In this document: positions 52,101-64,000 of the stretch, in pieces
How the letters are laid out: each line of letters begins with the position of its first letter
How positions within the stretch are numbered: the stretch's first letter is position 1
DNA from: Narcine bancroftii
Taxonomy: Eukaryota
Length of the DNA: 64,000 bases
Direction of reading: 5' to 3'
NCBI RefSeq assembly: GCF_036971445.1
Contig: NC_091474.1
Span: forward strand, 197,842,001-197,906,000
Notes under the pieces: model-generated
The model's database searches: none
Told to the model about the DNA's origin: nothing
What the model saw: the letters and a program-made list of their open reading frames with translations, nothing else
Made by a program: the position numbers and the translations under genes

Positions 52101-55100
52101 AAAGGGAAATATGCATGCCTGATAATAGAAGCATTGTCAAATAACGTACACTGAATTTAAAGAGAAGATTCAAGAAAGATTCTTCCTTTCATTTGGACTA
52201 CAACAAATGCGTGTCTGACATGATATTTAAAGGTTGTGCAGAGAAAGTACCAGATCATATCTTGGAATGTAGTGATGGCAAAAAATGGTACTTACCACAC
52301 CATGGGGTTTCGCATTCACAGAAGAAAAAACTTAGTGTGATGTTTGATTGTGGAGCAACATTTTGGGGAGTTTCACAAAATTGTCAACTCTTGCAGGGTC
52401 CTGATTTGGCAGTACGTTGATCGGAGTCTTAACTAGATTCCATAAAGAATCTGTCATCATCACTGCAGACATTGAAGCAACGTTCCACCAGCTGAAAGTA
52501 CCAAATGAAGACTGTAACTTGTCACCATTCCTTTGGTAGAATACAGAATGACAGGGTATCTACTTGGAGCGACTTTGTCACCAAGTGTGAATTTTTCCCT
52601 TATGAAGTGTGCTGAGGACGTTATGAAACAATTTAGCTCAAGGTGTAAGCACCATCAGGAATAACTTCTATGTGGGTGACTCTCACTTATGTAGCTGCAG
52701 TAAAAGGAGCAGTATCTCTTTATCATGAGTTGTAAGCAATCTGTTTCATTCTACTTACCAGTTGGCAGACCTTGGCTGCCATACCTGATAGAGGAGCAAA
52801 AAAAAAGAAGAATTTGGACTTGGACTATCACAACCTTCCTGTGAAGAGGGTGTTAGATCTACAATGATGTATTCAGTGTGACATAAATTTGATGTTCAAA
52901 ATCATTTTGAAGGACCGACTTCTCACAAGAAGGAGGATTCTATCAAGAGGCAGTTTGATATCTGATTCTCTGGGAATATTGGCATAGTTGTCATTGACTG
53001 CCAAGAAGATCATGCAAGATTTGTTTAGGAAAAAGATAGGTTGGGATGATGGGATACAAAAATGGATGTGTTGGATTCAGGATCTTCATAAGATGGAAGA
53101 CTTCAAGATTGATAGATACTTCAAACCCACAAATTTTGGAACTGTAACATCTGCTCAATTGCATCATTTTGTTGATCCATGTGAAGATGGTTACGGAATT
53201 GTTAGCTTGTAGCGGGCGCTACAAGTTACATATTACTGCATGATAACAAAGATCAGGTACGTTGTGGATCTGCAATGGGAAAAACGAGAGTGGCTCAATT
53301 GAAACCAGTCACTATTCCTCAAATGGAATTGATGGCTGCTACTGTGGCAGGATGGACACAATGCTGAAAAGAGAGTTGCGGATGAAACTAACAGATTCCT
53401 TATTTTGGACTGAGCACCTTTGTGCTCAAATACATCAACAATAAAACCTCACCGTTTCGAACTTTCTGAAATTACTGAAATTAATAAAGTCTCTTGTCCA
53501 ATATAGTGGAGATATGTTAGTGCAGTTAACAATCTGCCAATCTGGCTTCCAGTGATTTGAAAGTAGTCTTTTATGAAGAAAGAAATGTGGGTGTTTGGGC
53601 CTCAATTTCTTATCCAGCCTCGAAAGGAGTGGCCTCAAAATCTGATAAAAGAAATTTTACTAGAGTACCCTGAAATGAGGAGTAAGACTGCAAATGCTAT
53701 TCAGATAACATCTGAATGAATGGATATAGTTATCCCCTTAATCCAGACTGAAATAGTTTGAAAAAGGCAATAGCTGGATGCTCAGATTTAAAACATGGTT
53801 TCTGAATTGTAGCAGACAGAACAAACAAACAAGCAACATTCTTGCTCAATTTCAATCCAATAACATCCATCAAAAAGATCTTTCACAAAAAGAGACAGGT
53901 AATCTTGAGACTCAAGAAAAAGGAGGCCTCACAGTTGAATGCTGAGAGAGAGAAAATATGCTTTTGCCAGAGGAAGAGATTTATTGATGAAATTTCAAGT
54001 CTGAAAAAGGGAATGAATGTCAAAAGGACAAGCCACATTTGTCAGCTCAACCCTATTCTCGAGAATGGTGTTTTAAGACTTGGTGGGTGCCTTAGTAGGG
54101 CAGCAATCCCAGAAGAGATGAAACATCCTGTCAAACTGCCCAAAGATTTTCACATTTCAAATCTAATTCTTCAGCATATTCACAAAGAGGTAGGTCATAG
54201 TGGTTGCAACCATATGTTAGCCAGACTACGACAAAAATAGTGGATTTCTGGTGCCATTCGCTTAATCAGAAAAATTATGACAAAATGTGTTGTTTGTTGG
54301 AGTTTAAATACTCCATCTGGATAACAGCTGATGGCAGATTTGCCTCTCTCCAAATGAACTTCCATTTACATATGTTGGGGTTGATAATTTTGGACCTTTT
54401 GAAGTGAAGCGTGCAAGGGGTGTTGTGAAGTGCTATGGTGTTATTTTCACATATTTAGCCATAAGAGTAATTCACATTGAAGTGGCATCATTACTTGATA
54501 CAGACTCTTTCATCAATGCCCTTTGGTGTTTTAATACCAAGTGTGGACAAATGAAGGAACTACAAGCAGACAACGGCACTAATTTTATGAGAGCTCAGTG
54601 CAAGAGAAGTAATTGTAAATTGGAATCAGGCTTGAATCCATGATGAACTAGTCCAGAAAGAAATTAATTGGATCTTCAATCCCTCGCTGCCTCACACCAT
54701 AGATTGATTAGATCAGTGTGAAAAGTTCTTAATATCTTCCTAAATGGACATAATCTTAATGAGGAGGGTCTTCAAACAGTTTTGTTTGAAGTTGAAGCTA
54801 TCCTTGACAGTCATCCATTCACAAAGTCTTCTCCAGATCTAAATGATGTTGTGGCATCTTTTGCTTCTTAAAGGTAAACTTTCATTGCCACCAGGGCAAT
54901 TTTGGAAGGAAGACATGTATGCGTGCCACAGGTGGAGGCAGGTACGATTTATATCAGATTTATTCTGAAAAGATGGGTGAAAGAACTGTTGCAGCAGTGA
55001 CGGAAATAGTTTAAATCAGGAGCAATTTTTTATGGCTGATCATCATGGACCTTTCAATGCCTCCAAACTCCTAATTGATGGAGGACTTGTACGTTATGTT

Positions 55101-55273
55101 CGGATCAAGACCAAAACTGTCTTGCTGAACAGACCAATTTCCAAGAGGCAGAAAGCTTTGATAATTGACCTTCACTTTCTTTTGAAATTTAACTGATATA
55201 TACAACTAGATACTATGTTTGATTTTTTTTGAAAGGTGATTTTTTTTTAGATATAATAATTAGGGGCCAGTAT

Positions 55274-55668
55274 TATAAAGGTTAAAATGTATCTCCATAG
55301 AAGCAAATTCTGTATGCCACTTTCAAGATGTTGTTTACATATTCTTTGAGTGTCTCCTAACAAAGACATTGAGCCAAGGTCTTGTGGTTTGTTAGAGTGA
55401 TTACACATGTTAGTTTAGTTTCTTTTGTTCTACCAAATTGTCAGGAATTAGAATGTCTGATAATTTTTATTGACCGTCTAGCAAAGTTTTAGTACTGTCT
55501 AACAGTGTTTAACGGCTTGTAACAAAGTATAGCAACTGATAATAATGTTAACAATGTATAATAAACTCTGGAAAACTCAACTTTAGTATGGATTTGTTTG
55601 AACAAATCATAGACAACAACAACATTCTGATATCCTCCAAGCGATTGTAAAGGAAAATAGTCGCTTCA
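55274..55668 (+). repeat. 3' LTR of the BEL/Pao element
   Basis: TATAAAGGTTAAAATG...ATAGTCGCTTCA; visibly diverged from the 5' LTR by substitutions and indels, so the insertion is old. Confidence 0.9.
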
Positions 55669-55789
55669 GGTTGTGAGAAATGTTGGTTTTGTTGAGCTAA
55701 AGGTTTACTGTGACCATCAAAACACAGCAAATGTCTAAGTTTTAGTAAAATTATTGGTCTGTATGGCAATGTTGTTCTGATGAGCACGT

Positions 55790-56300
55790 GCTTAGCTAAT
55801 GGGTAGACTGCAGCACTGAACTATGGCAAGAAGTGGATGTATTTAATCAGACAAGTGTGAAGTGTTGCATTTTGGGGGTCAAATGCAAGAGGAAAGTGTA
55901 CAGCTTATGCAAGTCTCTTAAAAAGCATTGATGTACAGAGAGATCTGGAGGTTCAGATGCACATCTCCTAAAAAGTGGAGAGGGTGGTAAAGAAAATGCA
56001 TGGTATGCTTGCCTTTGTTGGGCAGGACATTGAATATAGAAGTCATATTGCAGCTACATAAAGGTTGCACTTGGGGTATTGTGTGCAATTCCTTATAGGA
56101 AGGATGTGGAGGCTTTGGAAAAGATACAGAAGAGAGTTACCAGGATGTTGCCTCAGAGTGCAAGAACATTGGATGAGGTTGGATAAACTTGGGTCTTTTT
56201 CTCTAGAACTTTGAGGGAACCTGATAGAAGTTTATTCAATTTTGAGCAATATTGATAGAGTAAACAGAATCTTTTTCCCAGATAAAATTGTTACCTGGGC
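55790..56300 (+). mobile_element. Decayed CR1-like LINE fragment
   Basis: KCEVLHFG, QRDLEVQ and AYGMLAF-like remnants. Confidence 0.75.
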
Positions 56301-57071
56301 AGAAAAGTTGTGAATGATCGTTTTCATAGTCATTTGATGGACCATAAGATAATAGGAGCCAAAATAGTCTAAGAAGTCCATCAAGTCTGTCCTGCCATTT
56401 GTTCATGGGCTGATCCATTTTCCCACTCAGCCTCACTGCCCAGCCTTCTCTTCATTTTCCTTCATAATCCTGGCCAATCAAGTCCCAAGAACAATAGGGC
56501 TACCATTTGCTTAGAATGTTTTGTTTAGAATACAAACGTGGCACAGAAACTACCACGATTGGACGGTTTTGGCAAATTATTTCTAATATTTGTGTGCCTG
56601 TTCTCATTGCTTTTCGGAACGATATGATCCATTATGCTCCTTCCAAGAATGTTGAAAATTATGGTATTCTTTTTGAATGCAAGCGAGAAGTATGAATTGT
56701 ATTTGTACCGTCGATGAACATGCATGAAGAGGCTACCATAATTGTTTGTGCACCTGCTATTAGGTAGCTTCATTCCCTTTTGAGAGTCATTTTGATAAAC
56801 AGTTACTGGTACATAGATCTACAGATCTAAGTCACAAGCAAGCATAAGAAACCATTACATTGATTATGTATCTGGTGCACAAATTCATTTGATTTCCTGC
56901 ATGATAATTTCTAAAATTTAGATTTCTGGCTTTTAATATCTATGTATTGTAATGGGGTCTTTGATATGCCTTTAGCTTACAGACTTGTGACTTGTTTCTT
57001 GCTCTACATATCGCTATTCTCTTTGCTTTTCCTTCCACTTTGTTGTGAATGGTGTTGGTAATGCATCTAAG

Positions 57072-57179
57072 ATGCATTTGCAGCTTCTCCTACTGAAGAA
57101 TCAACAGCATCTGAAGGGGCAGGAGCAGCAGCCCCTGTGTCAACCACAGCAGCAGCGCTTGATGCATGTGCTGGAACTG
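57072..57179 (+). CDS. SNAP91: SNAP91 internal exon, 108 nt, phase 1-1 (AAG acceptor)
   Basis: atctaag|AT GCA TTT...ACT G|gtgggt. Encodes DAFAASPTEESTASEGAGAAAPVSTTAAALDACAGT, versus mammalian DAFAASPGEAPAASEG...AAALDACSGN. Confidence 0.93.
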
Positions 57180-59906
57180 GTGGGTCTCATTCATTTTCTT
57201 GAAGTTGTCCATAAACGTGTAAGATTTTTCTTGACTACCAGATTTCTCAGACTGTTGTACATCTTTCCATTAGTAAAAGCCATGAAGTGTTATAAACTTC
57301 ATAAAAACATTTTCCTTAGTCCTTATATATAAAAAATAGATATACACCCTTAAAATGTTTTCAGCAGACCCAACAATGTTCTTTTATTACACAAGTTCAC
57401 AACAGTATTTCACTTCACAGGTTTCAGAAAAAAATGTGAAATGTTTTTACATCAGTCCTGGACTGTCTTCTGTACACATTTTCCACCCCATCCTCTTTCC
57501 CTCCTCTCATTTCCCTCACCATCCCCCCACCCTTAACTCCTCCAATCGCTTGCTTCATTATCATGCATCCTCTTACAGCTAACTGGGAATTTAGATCCAG
57601 TTTGAGTGCACACTTAATGTGCAAGTTATTTCCCTAACTCACTGCAAAAGGTGAAAGCAGCTTCTTTTAAATTTGAAGGGCATATTTCTATCATTGTACA
57701 CAATCATTGAGCATGCTGTTGTGTTATATAATTTTAAAATTACATTACGTTATGCTTGTGACCCGGAATTCTTGAGTTGGTCTTGGTTTTGCATCACTCT
57801 ACCATGATGGCAAAACATAGGAATGGCATAAATGGTCCTCTATGCCACTTCAATAAGAATTTCATTGTTCTCAAGATTAAGAGAACCTATTCAAATTAAA
57901 GCATTTGGTTGTCAACCCCTCTTCCCCACCTCACCCCTTCCTTACATTGCTATTGAAATGCAGACTAGGAACTAGTTAAGCTTCCTCCAAAGTCCATTAT
58001 TTTGCACAAAATAGCAGTTGATTTTGTTTTGGAGGTTGCATGGTTTTCAAGTTTGGAATGTTCACAGGTTTATGCTTCTTCATTCAAATTTGAGTCCAGT
58101 TATAATGCCAACGATTAATTTAATTCGATTCTCAACTGATCATAGATGGATTCCTACCATTTTCAGGACTGCTTGTTGAATAAATGCAATGAAATCTGAG
58201 TGTCTCCTGGCTAGAAAAGATCTGATTCCAGAATTTTCAGTTTCATTAGTCGTGTTGCATGAATTCTGATTTAGCGTCATAGTTCCAGTGTTAACAGTCA
58301 CTGCTCAGCTAAACTGAAATTCTCGCTAATTCTAAATATTTAAGCATCAGAATTATGTGCAGGATAGGTTGTTAATACATGCAGTGTTCATTGGCATTTT
58401 CCCCAATCAGTGTGTGACCTCTGAGATTAACTTGCATTTATAAAGCATTTACCATTGACTGAGTATTTGCAATTAATTACAGGGTAGGGGATTGCAACTG
58501 ATCTTGAAGAAAGCTCTTTGTTTGAATCTACAATGGGGAGTTACTGATTTAAAATCTGGTTAAACGAGAAACTCCACATCAGTGAGCTTAAGCTTAGTTA
58601 AAGTTGTACACAACATGAGGCTGCGAATTTTAATGACTGTACAGTTCTGATATGCATATGTATATGATTAACATGGAAGCTGAAATATGACCTTTTCTAA
58701 ATATTCCCTTTATTTATACATTTTATCTCAAAATAATATTTGTGAAGGAATTGTAATTGAATTTTAGCTTTGACATTAAAAGCTCCTGCAATTTGTGCAG
58801 CAAATGCAACTTTTGCAGTAATAAAATTAATGTGCATTCAAAGAAACATGAAAACAGGCAGCATCCATGGGTGGAAATGATCCATCACTATTTTGGATCG
58901 GAACCTGGTATCAAATTCCTTTAGCTTAATGTTTAGCCTGAATTTAAATTTTTAAGATTTCCCTGCCATTGGAAGAGGAAATGAACCCATACTGAATCAC
59001 CCACAGCTCTTGGAATTTCTATATTGATGCATAAGTTATGCAAATGTAAACAAGATTCACAATTCAGCAGCTTTTTGCTTTGTATTTTGAGTAAAGTCCT
59101 ATTTTACTGTCATCCAACCACTGAAGGGGGTTAAACATCTACATTTGAGCACAGATTTTTCAGGTTAGCACAATTATTCATGTAAATTCCAAGGAATTGA
59201 TTATTGTAATGTTGAGGGAGCTGGTAATTATTACATAATTTCCAATATTAAAGTAGTAACTGTACTTCAAAAGCCATTATATAAAACAAACTTTTGATGT
59301 GACTGGATGTAGGGGACCCCACTTTAGTAAAGGTTACAGTTAGCAAAAGAATCTGCCATCAGTGGTGAAGCCAAGTTTTTAAAGATGTCATTTGTGTTGT
59401 TCAAAATATATGTAATTCCTAAGTTACTCAAGTAACATGCTGGGCCTGGGAGTGAGGCTCAAAATAAATTTGAAGGTGTTCTTTTGGATCAATATGTGAT
59501 GCATGACCAAGATCCCTGCATTTATGCAATAGTTGGCTAAATTAAAGTTTCTGTGCAACAGCAGGTCTTAGGAAACAGCTGAGAATGATTAAGCTCAGAG
59601 ATAAGAAGTTTTTTGATAATAAAATCAAAGTGTGAGTAAAGAGGCAATATTTAATTTGTAAAGGACCTTTGTGATAATGTATGGTAACTGAATTTTTTTG
59701 CAAACTATTTTCCATCTGAAATCTGAATATTGATGAAGGAATATTTAGGAAATATCTTTGACAATTTGCCCATTTTCCACCATAGTTTCTCCATATCCTC
59801 AGAAATCCTGCCTAAAACAAATTGAATGCAGTCTTTAATTAAGGTCTAGGTCTGATGCAAATAAAAGGGCCCTGTTCACATTAGTATGTACATGATTGGA
59901 GTCTAT

Positions 59907-61020
59907 AGGCCTTTCCACACCGCTGAATACGTGAGTTAACCCTCCAAATTAGAGGATCAAATCGCGGGAATCGCATGGTGTGAAAAGAAATAACCAGGCA
60001 GGGTGAGTCAACTTCAACCAGGCTCTCAACTCTGCTCAGAGCAAAATTCAGAGCCCAGCTGAGTTAACTCACCAGTCGCCTTCTGGAGGTGTGAAATGAT
60101 AACCAGTTCTACCAGGTACGATTAATGACGTTAGTGTCTATGTGCTTGCATCATTTTGGCAGGTAAATTTCACAGCCCGACCAACTGCGCTCTGACAGCC
60201 CTGGTGGCCACGCTCTGACACCCCCTGCCTCACTGCCTGAGCCCTGCTCTGACAGCCCTGCCCCTTCTCATGCTATCCAAGCACAAACTGAGCTCCCCTC
60301 CATAGTTTAAATCCCCTGAAAGCAGCCACCACTTTCTCTTCAAATAACAGTCTCGTTACCTGGGGTAGTGGTGTGAGGGAGCTGGCGCCTTAAGGGAGCA
60401 GGGCAGGGAATGGGCAGCATGAGGGGGTGGTGTGAGGAGTTGCTCGGTCGAAGTGTTATAGGCGTTCCTGAGCACCGGCAGCATGGTGGAAGTGATGTCC
60501 CTCTTGCAGGAAGTGGAGGTCTGGTCTGCCGTGATGGACCCCAAGCACCACCACAAAGGGGTAGCCGCTCTGGCTGGAACTGTGGCCTCTCACACTGGAG
60601 CCCACCTAACCCCCTGAAGTTCGTCCTTCTGCCCTGCTTGGCCACCAGCTCTGAGCAGCCGACGCTGGCTGGTTACTCATCGGCCATTCTGAATGACATG
60701 GCCCAGGACGAACTATTGATCAGCATTTAGAGAACCTTACATCAAAAAAAAACGACACAAGTATTTTTTTTGTTCAGTGTACAGATGTCGTTAACGTTTC
60801 AACAATAAATATTTGACGAATCTGATTGTGATTTTGTGTTTCTGAAGATCATAATATCTAAAGCTCTGACAGCTGTGAAATGTAACTGCAGTCAGCTGGG
60901 CTGTCAGAGTGCTATCCATAATACATCACTCGCGATGTCACCGCTGGAGGCGGGAGCCCCCTTAAAATCCTGAGTAACAGAATTATCTGCAAATAGTGGT
61001 GCAGTGTGAAACGCTACCAG
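59907..61020. mobile_element. Probable non-autonomous PIF/Harbinger-like DNA transposon (right end uncertain)
   Basis: Left ggcctttccacaccgc matches the reverse complement of gcagtgtgaaacgct at 61001-61015. Recurrent (g)tgtgaaa motifs, GC-rich interior, internal ctctgacagccct repeats; no transposase seen. Confidence 0.5.
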
Positions 61021-62075
61021 GTTCAGCTTGCCCTGCAGTTTTTCCCGTTCCCTAGGCGCATCAGCAGTGAGAAAATGACTAGTGTAATTGGAATTAATAT
61101 TCCTAAAAAGCATTTAACTTTTACATGTGGACTGCAAGTGTATTCCCCTCTGCACATCCATTCAGCTGCTACCCTTCTATCTCTTCCTCACCTTTACAGC
61201 TGTCTGCTAGCTTCTGTTTCCAGTAACAGCATTTTGTTCAAAGAGTGTTTAATGCTGTTCCATTTGCCCATCAGTTTTTCTCTTATTGTCCTAACCTGAT
61301 TCCTCGATAGTGCCTCAAATTCCTTTTGGCCTTGAACATGTCATTTTTTCTTTTTGTCGCATAGTGCTGAAATAAAGCAGAGTACCGATTTGGCTCTTGA
61401 AATTTAGCTGGATTTCAAATGGATTTCAAAAGGTTCCTTTCTGTGATTTGTAAAGGCCACTTTTTTTTTCTTTGTTTCAGAAAGCTTTAAACAATCAAAT
61501 CCATCTGGACCATCCCATTACTTATGTTTTCAAGGGAAGTCTGAAGCTTAACTGTGGGAGGCTTAATCTCCATACGTACATTTCTTTAACAGTACCTTAC
61601 TTAAACTCTTCATCAATTACATTGATAAGCTCAGAACCCTCTCAACCAGTTGCCATTAATCATCTTTCAAATATTTGCAGAATATAAATACATTTTAAAA
61701 CTGGAAATGTAATTTCTTTTTTTAAAATGAGGAATGGCTTTGAACCTTTACGTGCAATAAAACTTTGTGTTCAAATTTATTAGTGGTGCTCTTTTCTAAT
61801 TTGGGATTGTGGTAGCAATTTTAATAGGATTATCTGGTTGGCTGTTAGGAGAATGTATAACATGCTTTTTTTTTAATATGAACCCTTCCATAAATGCAAC
61901 TTTTGGATTGATACAAAAGTATGTGACTAGGGTTAATGAAAATGTAATAAAAAATGTTCTGTGGAAAAATAAGCCAATCTACTGATGTGTAGATATTAAC
62001 CCTAGCTTCTTGATTGTAAACCCTAATCTTCCATCCTTTGACCCTCTTTCTTCCCACCTCTGTCCATTTCCAAAG

Positions 62076-62351
62076 ACCCTTTTGCACCATCTGAAGGTAG
62101 TGCAGAGACTGCTGCTGAACTCGACCTTTTTGCTATGAAGCCTGCTGAGGCCAGCGTTTCAACAACTACCCCCACCACTACCAGTGCATCCTCCAGTACA
62201 ACAAGCAGTGCCATTACCAGCACAACTGCTAGTGTGACTACGACTGAGACTGTTACTGTTACTGCGACTGCTACCACTGCTACTACCACAACTGCAGACA
62301 CTACTGTCACCACCACCACTACCACTGCACCTGTTCTTGATATTTTTGGTG
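62076..62351 (+). CDS. SNAP91: SNAP91 Thr-rich exon, 276 nt, phase 1-1 (AAG acceptor)
   Basis: ttccaaag|AC CCT TTT...TTT GGT G|gtaact. Encodes DPFAPSEGSAETAAELDLFAMKPAEASVSTTTP...TTTTTTAPVLDIFG. Confidence 0.95.
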
Positions 62352-62572
62352 GTAACTTTATTCTTTATCTTGGAATTTGTGAGCTAAGACTGATAATTGA
62401 GCTAACTATTAAATTAGTTACAAATATTTTACATTTGTTTAGATCAAACACATAACTTGTTAGTAATTAGCTTGTGTGATTTGTTTTAAGATGTGTTCAA
62501 AAAAACTTTTTTTAAGTGCACATGTTTTGCTTGGGGGTAGAAGGAATTAATACATCTTGTCTTTGTTCTTAG

Positions 62573-62656
62573 ATTTATTTGATTCTGTTCCTGAACAAAA
62601 TGCATCTACAACTCCTAAACCCGAAGCGGGTCCTAGTATAGACCTATTTGCAGCAG
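62573..62656 (+). CDS. SNAP91: SNAP91 internal exon, 84 nt, phase 1-1
   Basis: gttcttag|AT TTA TTT...GCA GCA G|gtacaa. Encodes DLFDSVPEQNASTTPKPEAGPSIDLFAA. Confidence 0.95.
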
Positions 62657-62807
62657 GTACAAAAAAGGAGAATACCAATTTCCCATCCGAAATTCCCAAA
62701 CAGAAAATTGACAACCTTGTGTAGTCCTTTGAAACCTAGTTTACAAAATGTGTATCTTGGAAGAGATTGTTTAACTGTTTATTTGCTTTCACTTTCCCTT
62801 TTTAAAG

Positions 62808-62879
62808 ATGCTTTTTCAACCCCTTCACGTGGGGCTTCTCCTTTGCCAGAAAGTAGTCATACTGCTGATCTGTTATCTG
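62808..62879 (+). CDS. SNAP91: SNAP91 internal exon, 72 nt, phase 1-1 (AAG acceptor); gene continues beyond the window
   Basis: tttttaaag|AT GCT TTT...TCT G|gtgagt. Encodes DAFSTPSRGASPLPESSHTADLLS, versus mammalian DAFSSPPQGASPVPESSLTADLLS. Confidence 0.95.
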
Positions 62880-64000
62880 GTGAGTCTCCCTATACTCTTT
62901 GAGCATAAAAACTAGTGGCAGTTGTTTCAACAAAGCATTTCATTTTCAATTCTTATATGACAGATAAAGTTGTACTTTGAAATATGAATTTATGAATCAG
63001 ATGTACTGATTAGAATAATCAAAACAAAGGATATGAATATAGAAAATCCAGCATCACTACAGGGCAAGTTTAGTATAATGTAAGATTTACACCTTGTTGG
63101 GTGGAAATGCGAGTACAGTATAATAATTGTGTTTCTGCTTGTAAGGAGATGGTGCAAATACCTCAAAAGATTCTGGGTGTAAAAAGACAGGAGAATTTTA
63201 GGCTTAGATATAAAGAAGAACATAGCACGATCAAGATGGTGGAAGTTGTGTGGCTTAGAATTGTTGGGGATGGAAACTGAGAGCAAATGATGGAAAATTT
63301 GAAAGTCATTTCAACTGGAGGGATAGCTAAAGAAAGAAAAAAGTGCAAAAAGTAGAACTGAAGGCCCAGGATCAGAAAGACAGAAACTTGTTTTGCATGC
63401 TGTACTCTCAATGAAGCAGAATCTTCAAGGTTATTTTGTAAGAGTGTAGTCAACCATAATTTGACCCTGAGCTGCAGCATTGTTAGGGCAGGTAATCAAA
63501 AATGTTGGAGGTAGCTTTCAAGCTGGAAAGAGGTATAGAGATAGATAGCTTTGTGGAAGATGAAGAATGGCTACACATGGTGGTGTGATCAAGTTAAAAC
63601 TGAAGGACTCATGACATCTTTGAGAGCTGGTGGACGTTAAATATGAGAAGGAGATGAGGATTTGAAAATGAAGGTGATGATTTCAACCAGTTAAGGTCAG
63701 GAATCTGCAGGCTAACTGGATTTTGTACAATTTAGGATATGGACATTGAAGTTGAATTGAGGTTAGTTGAGGAGAGCACAGCTTCAAAGAGAGTGTGTTG
63801 GAATTAACAAACCTCTAGCTAATATTTAAAGGTGAGAGTTCCAGCAGCCAAGGATGTCTTGTCAGTATCATGAAGGTTGTGCTAGGTAGTTTTGACCATG
63901 ATTTGGATAAATGATTAGAAGGATTGGTCTAAAAGAATGATAAATAATCTGGTTCATTTTCAGTGGCTGGCAGAGGCATGGAATTGGTGATTGGGGAGCA

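Larger units (their letters stand above)
48808..55668 (+). mobile_element. Full-length degenerate BEL/Pao LTR retrotransposon
   Basis: Two LTRs, 5-bp TSD GATTG/GGTTG and a PPT (taattaggggccag). Frameshifted domains in BEL order: gag (LPK..I.VFD.DPLQF..F), protease (TYAFINPGS), RT (WYLPHHGV...FDCGA), RNase H (QLHHFVDPCEDGYG), integrase (HKEVGHSG, IHIEVASLLDTDSFINAL, DNGTNF). Confidence 0.95.

Noticed and set aside
62023-62325. Val-rich minus-strand ORF
   Set aside because: It is the antisense reading of the Thr-rich SNAP91 exon.
6244-62879. Alternative assignment of the gene as PICALM
   Set aside because: [27 protein letters not shown], the EG and DLLGE microexons and the DPFAPSEGSAE/LDAC segments are AP180-specific.
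1-64000. Prokaryotic-type systems (CRISPR arrays, operons) and rRNA/tRNA genes
   Set aside because: I saw no regularly spaced repeat-spacer array, operon-like ORF cluster or intact structural RNA gene. The tRNA-like boxes belong to SINEs.

Overview
Eukaryotic, AT-rich, repeat-dense DNA. The repeat families (CR1, Rex1/Babar, Penelope-like, L1/Tx1, RTE, tRNA-SINEs) suggest a cartilaginous fish, which is an inference. The window holds the internal part of one + strand gene, SNAP91 (clathrin assembly protein AP180). I reconstructed 14 consecutive in-frame exons by hand, from the C-terminal half of the ANTH domain into the disordered DLL/DLF/DPF-rich tail; the start and end of the gene lie outside the window. 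The exon chain includes 6-nt and 15-nt microexons, a GC-AG intron, three AAG acceptors and six symmetric phase-1 exons whose junctions build clathrin/AP-2 motifs. A further 84-nt in-frame cassette exon is a candidate only. Introns carry many decayed elements: a full-length degenerate BEL/Pao LTR retrotransposon whose gag seems to start with a SAP domain, solo LTRs with TSDs, a hAT MITE, and Penelope-like elements with hammerhead-like cores and two locally templated insertions. Most ORFs in the supplied track are transposon debris or spurious. I see no convincing wholly new biological system. Exon and TSD coordinates were counted by hand; LINE boundaries are approximate.
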